This document shows positions 36,701 to 50,900 of a stretch of 64,000 nt of DNA, in pieces. Source of the DNA: Eledone cirrhosa (lineage: Eukaryota); assembly GCA_964016885.1 (NCBI GenBank), contig OZ024743.1:166284001-166348000 (forward strand), written 5' to 3'. Position 1 is the stretch's first letter. Each line of letters begins with the position of its first letter. Under the pieces are notes generated by a model. That model had not been told where the DNA came from. It saw only the letters and a list, made by a program, of their open reading frames with translations, and did no database searches. The position numbers and the translations under genes are program-made.

Positions 36701-39700
36701 GAAATGAAATTTATAGCTCGTGCTTATGTAGTTTTAGCTGGCTTCCTACAAGGTTATATCTTGTAGGAGGTTTCTTGGAGGTTTTAAAGATAGGAGCCCT
36801 AGTCTTGTCATTAAAAGTAACATGAAATGAAGTGTCTTGTTCAGGTAAAGAATGCACTACCTAGTCCAAGAATCAAACCCATCACTTTGTGATTGTGAAC
36901 CTAACAAGCTAACAATTTCCATGAAATTTGTATATATAAAAAGTAAAACAAAACAGAAAGAAAAACTGGTATAAACATGGCTTGAAACTACAAACACTTA
37001 CTTCCTTTAGCAAACTGAGATGACAGCAACATTGTCTTAATCTGAGCAGAAACACCAAGATATCTTTACCAGTTGCGGTTTTTGTAGCTATGGATATACT
37101 TTGAGAAGAACTGGCACCCTTTTGCATTTGATTCCCAGCAGATGAAGAACTGTCTGTCAGAAGTGAATCCTTGTCCATATGTGAATTAATATAATCCTGA
37201 ACCACTGATCTGTTATAATAAAAATAATAATAGGAGAAACAGTCAGTTATATTGTAAGTGAATGTGTTAAGTTGTTCTCAGCAAGAGTACAAAAGACATG
37301 ATAATGTTACCAGATATATCCACTGGATAATATCTGAGGAATCTCCTGGGCCTCTTTTTTCTTCTTCACAACAAAAATGCCTGGTCAGAGAAACTAAATG
37401 GTATGAACAGCAACCAGAAGGGCTGTTAGAGAATTTAATCTTTTGTGAGACTTCACCATTCAATATGATAGAATGATTGTGGCAAGAAGACCAGGCATTA
37501 TAGTTGTGAAGAAGAAAAAAAAGAGGCCCAGAAGATAGGAGGTAGGATGAAGAATAAAGAACATGAAAAGATGCAGAAGTATGAGCCACTGATGGAGAAG
37601 GTCAGAAAGTTGTGGGGGATGAAGACGGTTTTAGTGATTCCAGTGGTGACTGGAGCATTGGGATGCATATCGGATGGTTTTGAGGACTGTATAAATAGAA
37701 TTGGAATTGATGCAAGGTTACAGCTGATGCAGATGACACGACTTGTTGGTATAGCAAGGATTTTAAGGAAAGTCTTGTTTATATAAGGCACAGAAGAGGA
37801 TCCAGTGAGGGAGCTTTGTCAACTTGTTGTTCACTGCTCCAGTGAGGGAGCTTTGTCAACTTGTTGTTCACTGCTCCCAACAGAAATATCCAGATCGTTT
37901 AACATCTGTCTGAGATTTATAAAAATGAACCATAATAATGATAATAATAATAATTGTTTCTACTTTTGGCACAAGGCCAGCAATTATCCCAGTGGTACTT
38001 TATTTTATCGACCCCCGTAAGGATGAAAGGCAAAGTTAACCTCGACGGGATTTGAACTCAGACCATAAAGGGACGTAACTATGCTGCAAAGCATGGCGTC
38101 CAACCCTCTACCGATACTACCAATTCACCGCCATGATAATAATAATAATGGTTTCTGATTTAGGCACACGGCCAACAATTTAAGGGAAGGGGAAAGTCGA
38201 TTAAATCAACCCTAGTATGTTACTGGTTCTTTATTTTATCAACCCCATAAGAATGAATGGCAAAGCTAATCTTGGCAGGATTTGAACCCAGAACGTAAGG
38301 GGTCGCAACTCAATGCTGCAAGGCATGGTGTCCAATGCTCTACTGATATTGCCAATCCACCACCCTTATATATTATAATTATTTCTAATAATCATCATCA
38401 TCATTGTTTAACCGTTTAGCATTTAAACCGGCCATATCCGGCCAGACTCTCTTACCTCTTTCAGTTCAAACTGGCCACTTATACTTATGTTATGGTATTG
38501 TTCTCAAAATAAATAATATCAAAATATCAAAGATTCAATATTATGTGAGACAATTATGTGAGGTAAAGCCTTTACCATGAAAATACAATAGTATATATAG
38601 AGTAATGTAAATATTAAAGGTTAACGTTTTCCACACTTGCATGGGTTAGACAGGTCGTCCACATTATGAGACAAGTCTGGCCAGTTGGCCGCTCTGTACC
38701 TTGCTCAAACAAAACTGTATTTAGGTGGGGGTTTTTCACAGCTGGATGCCCTGTTTACCATGTGAAATTGAGTGGTCCTGTTATGAGCAGGATCTGGCCA
38801 ATTGGTTGCACCATACATTACTCATAGCGGAACCATATTTTGGGAGCTGGGTGGTCCCGTTTTGAGGAAGGCCTTGCTCATAGCGGGACTGTGCTTTGGC
38901 TGTTGGCTGGCTTTTTACGACTGCTAGACACTCTTCCTAAACCTCAACCATGTTTACTGTGTGGGACTGGGTGATCCTTTTATAAGGTAAGTCTGGCCAG
39001 TTTGTCCTTCCTCATAATGAAACCATATTTTAGCTGTTGTTTTTTACAGTTGGATGCTCTTTCTAATACCAACCATATTTACAGACAAGTCTGACCAGTG
39101 GCTGCACCGTACCTTTCTCATAGCGGGAACAGGTTTTGGTTGTGTTTTTATGGCTGCTGGATGCCCTTCCTCAGTACAAACCATGCTTATAGCATATGCT
39201 GGGCTAGGTTTATATATACATATATATGTATATATGTATGGTCCCGTAACTCCTGATAGAGCCGTAGGGGTACCATATTGACATACAGCGTTTCTCGAGC
39301 ATTTTAAGCCTGGTGGAGCCCATCCCTTTCCAGACCTGAGTACAGCAGATTTCTTCCAGAGAAAGGAAAAATCAACCCCAGTACTAGACTGGTACTTTTT
39401 TTATTGACAGAGTTGACTTCAGCGGGATTTGAACTCAGAGAGCAAAGAGCTGGAACGAATACCATAAAACATTCTATCCGACGTTCTAACGTCTCTGCCA
39501 ATATATATATGTACATAATATATATATATATATGTATATAATATACATATATGTATTAGAGGCCAGGAGGGAAACTAGATGACAAGTATACTTAGCAAGA
39601 AGGGAAGCGGAGGATAGAAAATTCAAGCATGTTTTGCAGTATGAAGACCAGAAACAGGAAGTGTTCAGGATTGCGAGGCAGTCTGTCAGAGACAATTACA

Positions 39701-42700
39701 ATGTGAGAAGTGTGTTCGGAATGATAAAGGCGCACTTGCCTTCACAGGTGCTGAGAAGAAAGCTGCATGGAAGAGTCATTATAAAAGATTACAGAATGAG
39801 GAGAATGCATGGGAGAAAGAGACCCTACCCCAAGTGGACTCCATAGAGGGCCAAGCCGTACAAGTCAGCAGCAGTGTAGTAAGTAAGTCAATTAAGGATA
39901 TGAAGACCGAGAAAGTTGGTCCATTGGGAATAGTTGCCAAGATGATGAAAGCATCTGGGTCAGTAGGCCATACCTTAAGCACTCGTATTGTAAACCAAGT
40001 AATACTAAATGGTGTCATACCAAATGACGTGAGCGGCAGTATAATTGTCAACTGCTACAAGGGTAAAGGAGATTCACTAGATAGAGGAAACTATAGAGGC
40101 ATAAAGCAAATGGACCAGGTCATGAAAGTAACTGAAAGAGTTATAGCACAGCTGATTAGGGACCGGGTAAAAATAGATGCGATGTAGTTTGGGTTTGTGC
40201 CAGGCAAAAGCACCACTGATGCTCTCTTTCTGGTGAAGCAGTTACAGGAAAAGTTTTTGTGAGCAATGCCAAGTCAGGTGACTATATCTTGCTCAAACAG
40301 AACTGATTTTGGCTTGATTTCTACAGCTAGAAGCCCTTCCTAGAGCCAACCTCATTTATAGTGAGTACTGGATGCTTTTTGTAGTGATGCATACCATATA
40401 TATACTTCAGCTTCGGTCTGTGTCCCTGGGAAGTCAGGTCTTCTGTATTACTACGTAATGCCAGAGATTTCGGGCCTGTGCCATCCATCATCTTTGAGAG
40501 GTGCAATTGTGCAAGGTCAGCTTTTATCACTTCGTCCCAAGTGTTCCTGGGTCACCCCACTCCAAGGCTTCCATCGAGTTTGAGCACTCTGCACATTTTT
40601 ATTCAACTGTCATCCTTCATATACATAACATGTCCATACCAATGCAATCTCCTCTCCTGAACACTGCATCTGATTCCTCTTATGACTAGTTTTTCTCACA
40701 GTTCGTTTATGTTTAGCCATTCACATATATTACTATTGCACATTGTAGCATACAAGCTTCATTTCTTTCCAATCTTTGCAAGTCTTCTGCACACAATGTC
40801 GAGGTCTCACTACCATGCAACATTGGTGTTCGTATACATGCATCATACAGTCTGCCTTTCATCTTGAAGAAAAAAAACTTTTGTAGCTACCAGTGGTAGT
40901 AGCTCCCTGAACTTCTTCCATCCCGTTCTTACTCTGGCTATTGTACCTTCAGAACACCCACCTCTGCTGCGAATTTGGTCACCCAGATAGCAGAAGCTGT
41001 CTACTGTTTCTATCGAACCTTCCCAGAATTTGATAACACTTGTTTCCTTTCTCTTGTAGTTCCCCCACTAAAAATAGGGTATCTATAGTAATTTTCTCAA
41101 GTATGAAACCAAACTGCATTTTGTCTAATTTGACTCTTTCTCTAATTAGTTGTGCTATAACATACATATATATAATACATATATATATATATATATATAT
41201 ATAACAAAGGAATTGTGGTAAGGAACCAGATGGACCATAACCACTTGCCTGAGTCCTGATACGGACAAACAACAATTCACAAGATGAGTTTCAACCGAAT
41301 ATCAAAGCAGTTATTCCAGTTAGTCATATATATATACATATATATATTAAAAAAAAGTCTGTTCATTATGTTAGTAGATCATTTAATATCTGTTATTATG
41401 TCATTTCTCCCTTTTCTTCTTGTTGTCCTGCTTCCTTTTCAATATCGATTCTTATATAAATAATACATAATATATACACATATAATTGTTTCTACTTTTG
41501 GCACAAGGTCAGCAATTACCCAGTGCATTACTGGTACTTTATTTTATCGACCCCGTAAGGATGAAAGGCAAAGTCAACCTCGGCGGGATATATACATATA
41601 ATGTTACTATGAGAGAATGTTGAATGTAGAGAATAAATGGGTGGAAGTTCTCTTCCACAACAGAAAGACGAGTCATTGCAGTTGACAGTTATAGGGTTAA
41701 AGAAGCAATCAAAGAGATGAAAAATGGTAAAGATGTAGGACCATCAGAGTCAGTTGCTGAGATGCTAAAAGCATCGGGAGAAGTAGGAGTCAAACTAGTA
41801 ACCTGCATAGTCAATCAGGTAATACAGGATGGTGCCATACCCAAAGATTGGCACAGGAGTACTTAAATTGCTACAAGGGCAAAGGTGATGCTCCACAAAG
41901 AAAAAAACTAATGGACCAAGTTATGAAAGTGGAATCTTTGAAGGTCTTCTTGGCTTCTATTCTAGAAGATGAAGCAGTCGTCTGGATAGCATTTCCAGTT
42001 GTGATTAATGTAGGTGGCGAAGTCATGACTGAATGTTTCCTGCAGTTTGCAATGTAATTTTGCCTCTAGGTGACCCATAACGAGTGTTGCATATGTTGGG
42101 GCCACTTTGGTGCCCATGGCCGTTCCTTTTATTTGTAAATATAGTTTGTTATCAAAAAGGAAGTGGTTATTCTCCAGTATTAGTTTAAGTCTTTCCAATA
42201 TAAATTTTTGGGGGAATCTCTCTGAAATGTAGTCTGGATATTTTGTAATCCAGAAGTCAACAGCTTCAACTCCTAAGTTGTGTGGGATGTTAGAATATAG
42301 GTAACTGATTTCCTTTAGTGTGAGGTTGTTTTGGTACTTGGTCGTCAGTTTGCCTACTTTAATCATCGATTTTCTTTCTTCGTTTTTGTTGATTTTTCTG
42401 TAAAAGTCCTCGTTATTCAGCTGTTCTATGACCATATCCTTGTAGTGGATTTTGTCCATGATGATGATTGCTCCACCTTTGTCCGCTTCTTTTATGATTA
42501 TTGAAGAGTCTTTTTGTAGTTTGTTTAGTGTTAACAATTGTTCTGGAGGGATGTTGTGTTTGTGTTTCGTCTCTGCAGTATTAGACTGTGCTGATCATCG
42601 GAGGTAGGTTATGTAGTCTTCCAGGTGTTTGTCTGTATTTAACGGAGGCCTGAAGTTCTTTTTGTTTCTTACTAGTGATTCCTCCACGTATTCTTCTAAA

Positions 42701-42817
42701 ATTCTTCCCCCTGAAGTTAACAAAGAACTTACTGGATCTACCAACTCATAATATTATAACATTAAATAAAAAAAAATGTGTTTACACTACAAGTGAAGGC
42801 ATTCTTTTCCTTTTTTT

Positions 42818-42888
<71 letters not shown>

Positions 42889-43501
42889 GGAAAGAAGATT
42901 GACATGGTTTGCAATACAAAAAAAGGTTTTTAATCTCATTGCTGACAATTGTTTCTCTGAACTGGTAGGTCTAGAGATCGCTATTCGCTTGTTTTCACGT
43001 TACTCGATCGCCAATACAAAATTATAACCAGTCAGTTCTTCGGAGCATGCGAGAATGAAGAGAATATACAGGCATGAAAGGAATATACAGGCTACTATAT
43101 GAAGTAGTAATGGCATTCAGTTAGAACAATAACAACAATTACAACAATGCTAGTAATAAATTATTTGAGGAGACCCTGACATTACATTAGGTGGGGGGTA
43201 TAGTGTATCTAAGATTTCGGCGTGTAAAACTAGCTGACATGAAGCAGAAGTATAAGTTTGGCATGTCGTAGGGTGTATTGTATCAATTTTAAAGATAAGC
43301 CGGTGTTTATCACCAATATAGGTCAGGTGGCCGTAATGTTCAGTATTTATCTGACCGACGAAGTATTTATCATTGAGTAGAATTTGTGTGGTCTACATTA
43401 GATGAGAATACAGTCTTTCTTTTCATCTTCAATAACATACATGAATGGGACAACACTGTCAAAGCTAAATAGTGGGCGAGTTAATACAGAGGTTAAGGAG
43501 G

Positions 43502-43574
<73 letters not shown>

Positions 43575-44057
43575 TATATATATATATACACACATATATA
43601 CACACACACACATATATACACACGCATGTGTACATAGACACATACATACACATCAATATACACTCGTATAAAAATATACATACATGCAAAGAGATAAGCG
43701 TGCTGATTGTAATTATGGCAAAAGGAAGGTAAAGTTACATTGTAGTAGTGATTTGTATTGGCGATCGAGTAACGTGAAAACAAGCGAATAGCGATCTCTA
43801 GACCTACCAGTTCAGAGAAACAATTAGCAGCAATGAGATTAAAAACCTTTTTTGTATTGCAAACCATGTCAATCTTCTTTCCTGATTTATTATTACTCCG
43901 AGTGTTTACAACATAGGAATTACAGCATACTCGCAACATCACTATGAATACGCCTTGTTGAGTTAAACCAAGCCTAGCGTTGATATCATCCACTACCCGG
44001 AATACCATAACTGGACTACACCTAAGGGGACTGGATATAACTATTATTTGTTACCCC

Positions 44058-44119
<62 letters not shown>

Positions 44120-44855
44120 ACTTAGCTTTTGTTGACCTAGAGAAGGCCTTTGATAGGGTACCCCGATCTGTCATCTGGTGGTCCCTAAGGAAACTAGGTA
44201 TTGAGGAATGGCTTGTGAGGACAGTGCAAGCTTTGTACAGAGGTGCTGTCAGTAAAGTGAGGGTAGGAATGGAGTTTACTGAGGAATTCCAGATACAAGT
44301 AGGAGTACATCAGGGTTCGGTCCTCAGCCCACTCTTGTTCATTAGAGTCCTCCAAGCCATAACAGAGGAGTTTAAGACTGGCTGCCCATGGGAACTTATA
44401 TTTGCTGACAATCTGGTTCTTATAGCAGAATCAGTAGAGGAGCTAGAGAATAAATTTTGGCTATGGAAACAGCAATTGGAATCAAGAGGACTGAGAGTGA
44501 ACATAGCTAAGACAAAAGTGTTGATATCTACACGTAGATATACAATACAACAGGAGGAACATAATAGTACCAATGATGATGTTGCAGATGTGCAACAAAA
44601 GAAGTTTGTTAAACTATATATATATGTGTTTATATCTATATTATATCTGTATTTTTTACCGTTGGCCAGTCAATGGTAAACATTGAGGACCGAATGAATT
44701 AACTGTGAAGATATAAAAGATATAGAAGCAAAAACCAACCAAACAGTGAGTGTGTTCTGTTATTATTTCTGGCAATATTATTGCAACAATATGACCCTCC
44801 CCAAGTATAAGAATATTTGTTTCGGAAACATGATTTCATATTAAAAACCTCACAA

Positions 44856-44915
<60 letters not shown>

Positions 44916-47900
44916 ATATGTTGAAAAGGTAACACACCAGAGAGAGATATACAGTGCGCTATCAATAAAACAGGGAAAAAAAACCACCAGTGTATGGAAT
45001 CTATAACCTATGAAAGGCAGACTATAGACACGATAATTAAAAATATAAATTAAAGCGTAAATAAATACCTATATAACTATATAACACATGTACAAATCAA
45101 AAGATATGTTTCACCAGTAATTTGTTGAAAGAAATGGGTTAGCCTCGGTTCATCAGCGTGTGTAAGGCTATACATTTCAGACAACACTAAGAGAATTTTA
45201 AAAGTGACTGTCCAGCTACACGTGGGAGAGAGAAGTCACAGCGTGTTTAAGGGCAGTGAACCAGTGGCCTCTGAGGGACGAACTGCTAGAAAGGGCAGCC
45301 CAAAGCCACTCAGAGAAGTGTGCTCAACCAAACAGAGATAGGAAAGACTGTTATTAGGAGCGAAATATCACGATAAATGAACGGAGGCATAGGCCCTTGC
45401 TATTCCCTGTAAATAATGTGCTCAAAGGAGAAGAGATCCTGAGCTCTTTAAAATACAATATGTTGAGAAGGTAACACACCAGAGAGAGATATACAGTGAG
45501 CTATCAATAAAACAGGGAAAAAAACCACCAGTGTATGGAATCTATAACCTATGAAAGGCAGACTATAGACATGATAATTAAAAATATACATTAAAGCGTA
45601 AATAAATACCTCTATATAACACACATACAAATCCAAAGATATGTTTCACCAGTAATTTGTTGAAAGAAATGGGTTAGCCTCGGTTCATCAAATAAGTTTG
45701 TGTCTATCAGAGATAACATCCATGTGAATCTCCAATGATAACCTCACATAACATCAACATACCTAAAATAGGTTTCTATGATTTCTTACATAAGCACAGG
45801 ATTACAAATTTAAGGATAAGGTGGTGTGGAGTGGGGGTAAAGAATAATTGATTAAGATTGATCCTAGTACTTAACTAGTTATTTATTTTATCAACGCCTT
45901 CCGAAGACTGAAAGGCAAAATCAATCTGAGTGGAATTTAAGCCCAGAACATAATTAAATACTTCATCTATTAGACTGTTTATGTCATCCACTGGACTTGT
46001 TAAAGGAAAATAACAATAGTTTCTGATTTAGGTACAAGGTCAGCAATTTTAGGGGAAGGGAAGGTAGATTATCGACCCCAGTATTTGTTTTTATTCTACC
46101 ATAGAGATATAAAAGGCAAAATTGACATTGGTGGGATTTGAACACAAAACATAAAAGGAATGTAACTAAATATTGTAAAATATTTTGTTTGGTGTTCCAC
46201 GGATTCTACTATTGTAATTAGTGTTCTACAGATTCTACTATTGTAATTAGTGTTCTACAGATTCTACTATTGTAATTAGAAAAAAAAAGTTTCTCACATA
46301 TGATCAAAACTTCAAATTTTTTGGGAAAAAGCATCATCAATTGAATCTTTGCATAACATGACTGGTACTTATTTGATCTACTTCTATATGCATGGATAAA
46401 CACAGAGACACAAAGAGAAAGAAAGTGTGAATGTAGGTAAACTGATGAAAAATATGTGGCTAAAACCAGTTGCAATTTATACTCACTTAATCCTCTTGAA
46501 AATCTTATCATACAGTTTTTGTTCCTTAGGTGACAATGTCAACTTGCTGCAAGATAGTTTCTTTTTGGTCATTTTAATCTGAAATAAATATTTTTATCAG
46601 TCAGTTGTTATTATAGTTTTGCCCTCAGGTCAGCCCTGATCAAAGATATACCAATTATGATTATCCCCCCTTTTATTCAGGTGGTTTACAGCTCACATCT
46701 ATGCAGATTTAGCAGACCTCCCTGTGGGGGGTTTACTACCAGTTACCTATATCATGGTAGACCTTTGTAGAGGTTTATTACCAGTTCCCTATATCATGGT
46801 GGACCATTGTAGGGATTTATTACCAGTTCCCTGTGTGGTGGACCTCTGTAGGGATTTACTACCAGTTCTCTGTGTGGTGGACCTTTTTAGGGGTTAACTA
46901 CCAGTTTCTTATATCATGGTGGACCTTTATAGGGGATTATTACCAATTCTCTGTGCAATACCTCTGTAGGTTCTGATGATGAGTGTTCCAGTTTGAACAA
47001 TAGAAGAGCTTGCTCATGAAATTATCGTGCAAAGAGGCTGAGTATTCCACGTAGTTTTCAATGAGATTTGGCTTGATACAGTGTGTGACAAGGCTAGACC
47101 TTTGTATTACTGGTACAACTGATTTTTACCAGCTGAGTGGATTGAAGCAACAGGAAGTATATTGTGCCACCAAAAAACGAACTCATAATGATATTATTGC
47201 GAGCTGAACACTGTAACCACTAAGCCATGCATCTTCATGCAGTTCCCTATAAGTAAAATGGTAAAATAAAAAAAAGAGGTTCTTATCACCAGTGGTTTCC
47301 CATTCACAGTTTGGTTTTTAGTTCTTCTTAGTAGCAGAGTTTGTATAATGGTGTTCAAGCGAGCTATGCCTGTTCCTGAAACAAAATTGAGACAAAAAAA
47401 TCAATGTTATTTGGGAAGCACTGTAAGATCAATAGCCAATTGCAAATTTTGCAAGGAAAAAACCCCAAAAATTCTGTGTGAAATGTGCAGTTAAAAAGAG
47501 AGAGAAGAGAACCAAATTTTTTTTGAAGAAATGCAATGCTCCACTGTGTATCAATGTTGGCTTTGTAGCCGATCATTCATAAAGTGATTTCTTTGATTTA
47601 TTCAAATTATGAGAAGAAAACATATCAATAAACATTTATTGTAAATGTTTTTCTTGCCAATATTTATCATAATGCAGCAATAATACTGTCATTTACACTT
47701 CATTAATTTTCCTCAAACAAACGTATTCCATGCTAGACATACAAGCTAGACAGGACAGAAACACCCTAAAATAGTAAAATAAAAATCTAGTCTTGCGGAA
47801 CAACATTGAAACAATCACAACAGATTTTCAACACATCACATCAATAAATCTTCCACACATCACATCAATGAAACAAACTTTCAACACATCACTCCCGATT

Positions 47901-50900
47901 TATAAGAAAACAAGTATATAAATCTCCTAAATTTGCTACAAAAGATAGACTTCACAATATCTGATCACCTTTTTTGGTGACCACAGATCTATAATCTTCA
48001 TAAAGACATCCTCTTTAGAAAGAAAAGATAATTCAACCATGAAACTGAGCTTAAGAGGGGTCAGATGCAGTATGAAGGAGACGAGATTGCAGTAATATGA
48101 ATATGTGATGTGTATGGAGGACAGCAGCTGCATAAAAGGTACAGGGTGCTCAGAGTTGATGAAAAACATAGAAGAGGAAGACATAAGAAAGCTTGCATGA
48201 AGTGATAAAAGCTGACCTTGCACCACTAAACCTCTCAATGGAGATGACACAGGATCGAGATCTCTGGCGAAATGCTGTGTTGCAAAGACCCACCATCCCC
48301 ATGTGCACAGGATGAAACAAACATGTAGAGGACTCTAATCTGCACCAATCTTTCCCTTCCCACTCCACCACACACCTTCCCCAATCTCAATTTTCATCTA
48401 CCCACCCCCATCCCTGATATACCTCTCCTGTCCAAGCTATGCATACATGCATGGAAAGCTGGACAAGATCCACACCTGCTCTCTCATAGTGCTGCTGCTA
48501 CAACAAAAGCATTCAGTCCACACTGTAATGTGGTTGGCATTAGGAAGAGCATCCAACTGTAGAAACCAAGACAAAAACAGATCCATTTGACCAAGACATG
48601 GTCATCTGACCTAATTTATCACTTAATGTGACAATCTGTCTATTCCATGTAAACATGGAAAATAGATGTTAAACAATGATGATGTGTTGCTGAATATCTA
48701 TGAAAATTGGAGTATTGCATATCTGAAAGAATGTTGTTGCTACACACACGACATAGACCACATGAAAAAGAAAAGGCCATTCAGCAGTTCTTCACGAACA
48801 TGCTATTTTTTCTCTGTCTAATCTACCACTATTACAAAGGCATCTCTTCCTCTCTGAACTAGCTCCTACCTACAGGTGAGCTCACCTGTTGCACACTGTT
48901 TCTCTGAACTAGCTCCTACATCCAGCCAAACCCATCTATTGCACACTGATTCTTTTTTTAAGCCCTCACTAAGTACTTAAATTCCACACAATCCTTCCTC
49001 TTCAGAGAGCCACATTGCTCAAGGAATGTTTCTCCATCCACATGTTTTCTCCAGATATCAACCTGAAGTTCAGTTTGAAGATCAATCATGGCAGCTCCAC
49101 CAGCCAAATTGGTCTAGGAGGAACTGTAAATGCCACAGACACTGACTCTCTTTCTCCAACAAAAAAGAAAAAGAAAAGCAAAAGAATAAAATGAAAAATA
49201 AGAAATGGTCTTTATACTTACTCTCATTGCTTTCAACTTGGTTTTTCCATACTTTATATTCATCAAATGGACTAAAACGCAGGAATCTGAAATGGAGAGA
49301 CAAGTTAAGTAATTTGATGCTGTTATATAAGACAACATTTTATACAGCTTATAATCAGAACCTTACTGACAGAGACAACCAGAAGACTTGGATGTTGATG
49401 TGTATTTCAATAGCTCCCTATTAGCCTTTCTATGCACATATGTGGCCTTGTAGTGAACAGAATTAAATATATTTTCCTTTGGTGGAAGAATGGTGTCACA
49501 GAGGTAAATTGGCTGAAGTGTGAGCCAATCAAAAACTTCATTGGCGAACAGTTTTCGACACGTTACACAACCTCTGGAATCCATTCATCAGTGAAACTCA
49601 TTACGGCTAGATTCTTTTGGCCAAATATGAGACGAGATATCACTGCATGGTCTCGTTCCTGCATACCTTGCCAGAAGTCTAAGGTGCACAAACACATTCG
49701 AGCACCTCTGGGCACATTCAACGCTCCTGATGCCCGCTTTGACCATATTCATATCGACCTAGTTGGACCTTGGCCGGTCAGTCATGGATAAACATACCTT
49801 CTTACGTGCATCAACCGTTTTACACGTTGGCCTGAAGCCATTCCTCTCGAAGAGATTTCAGCAGAATCGGTAGCACGAGCTCTGATGTCTGGCTGGATTT
49901 CGCGATACAGGTGTCCCTTCCACGATCACCACTGACCATGGCGGACAATTTGAATCACATCTCTTCCATGAACTTTCTAAAATCTTAGGGATACATTGTA
50001 TTAGAATTACTAGTTACCACCTGGCGTCAAATGGCATGATAGAACACTTTCATCAACAATTAAAAGCAGCATTGCGTGCTTATCCCGACCAGCAAAGATG
50101 GAGTGAATATCTACCAATAGTTCTTCTTGGCTGTTGCGCAGTGGTCAGGGAGGATCTCGGATATTCCCCAGCGGAATTGCTGTACGGAACACCTTTATCC
50201 TTACCGGGACAGATGTTAGTCCCAGTCGACGCATCGCGGGAAGATCCTACGTTATATATTAACCGATTGCGATCATATTTCAATGATCTTCCGCCTATGG
50301 GAACACGTCAACAGACGATTAAATCTTTGGTTACTAAAAACATTACTTCTTGGACTCACGTTTTTCTACATAAAGACTCAGTGAAAGGACCACTTGTACC
50401 ACCCTATACAGGACCCTACCGTGTCCTGGCAAAAACGGACAAACTTTTTACCATAGACATTTGTGGTAGGAAACAGTTTCTGTAGATAGGATTAAACAGG
50501 CCTTTACAGACGCTCCACCAGTTGAACTCCATACACCCCCTACATACAATACATTGATGTTGAACCTTCACAAGCATACTCACCCACAATATCACACACC
50601 TTCATTACCTTCACCCACATGTGTTACGACGACTCGTAGTGGTCGTAGAGTACATTGGCCTCAGAGATTGAGTAAAACAATCTATATATGAACTGTGATA
50701 TTGTTCAAACTTTTGACTCTTATGTAAAAAATTACTTTTGCTTGTTCAATTATGTTATGTTTCATTTTTCTTGGTTGTATTCATGTATGTGTTTTCTCGG
50801 TGTACCCGACGATTATTTATTGTTTGATGTCATGTAGACATATTGCATATTTAGCACTACTCATGTATTGATATCGATCTTCGATCTAAACGGAGGGTAC

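Noticed and set aside
39555-41160. Twin-priming 5' inversion of a single RTE
   Set aside because: The plus fragment meets the 3' end of the minus fragment, not its 5' end, which is the wrong geometry.
43398-44008. ORFs with long YIYIYI runs (also near 16755, 21657, 42675, 44699)
   Set aside because: Translations of (TA)n/(CA)n microsatellites.
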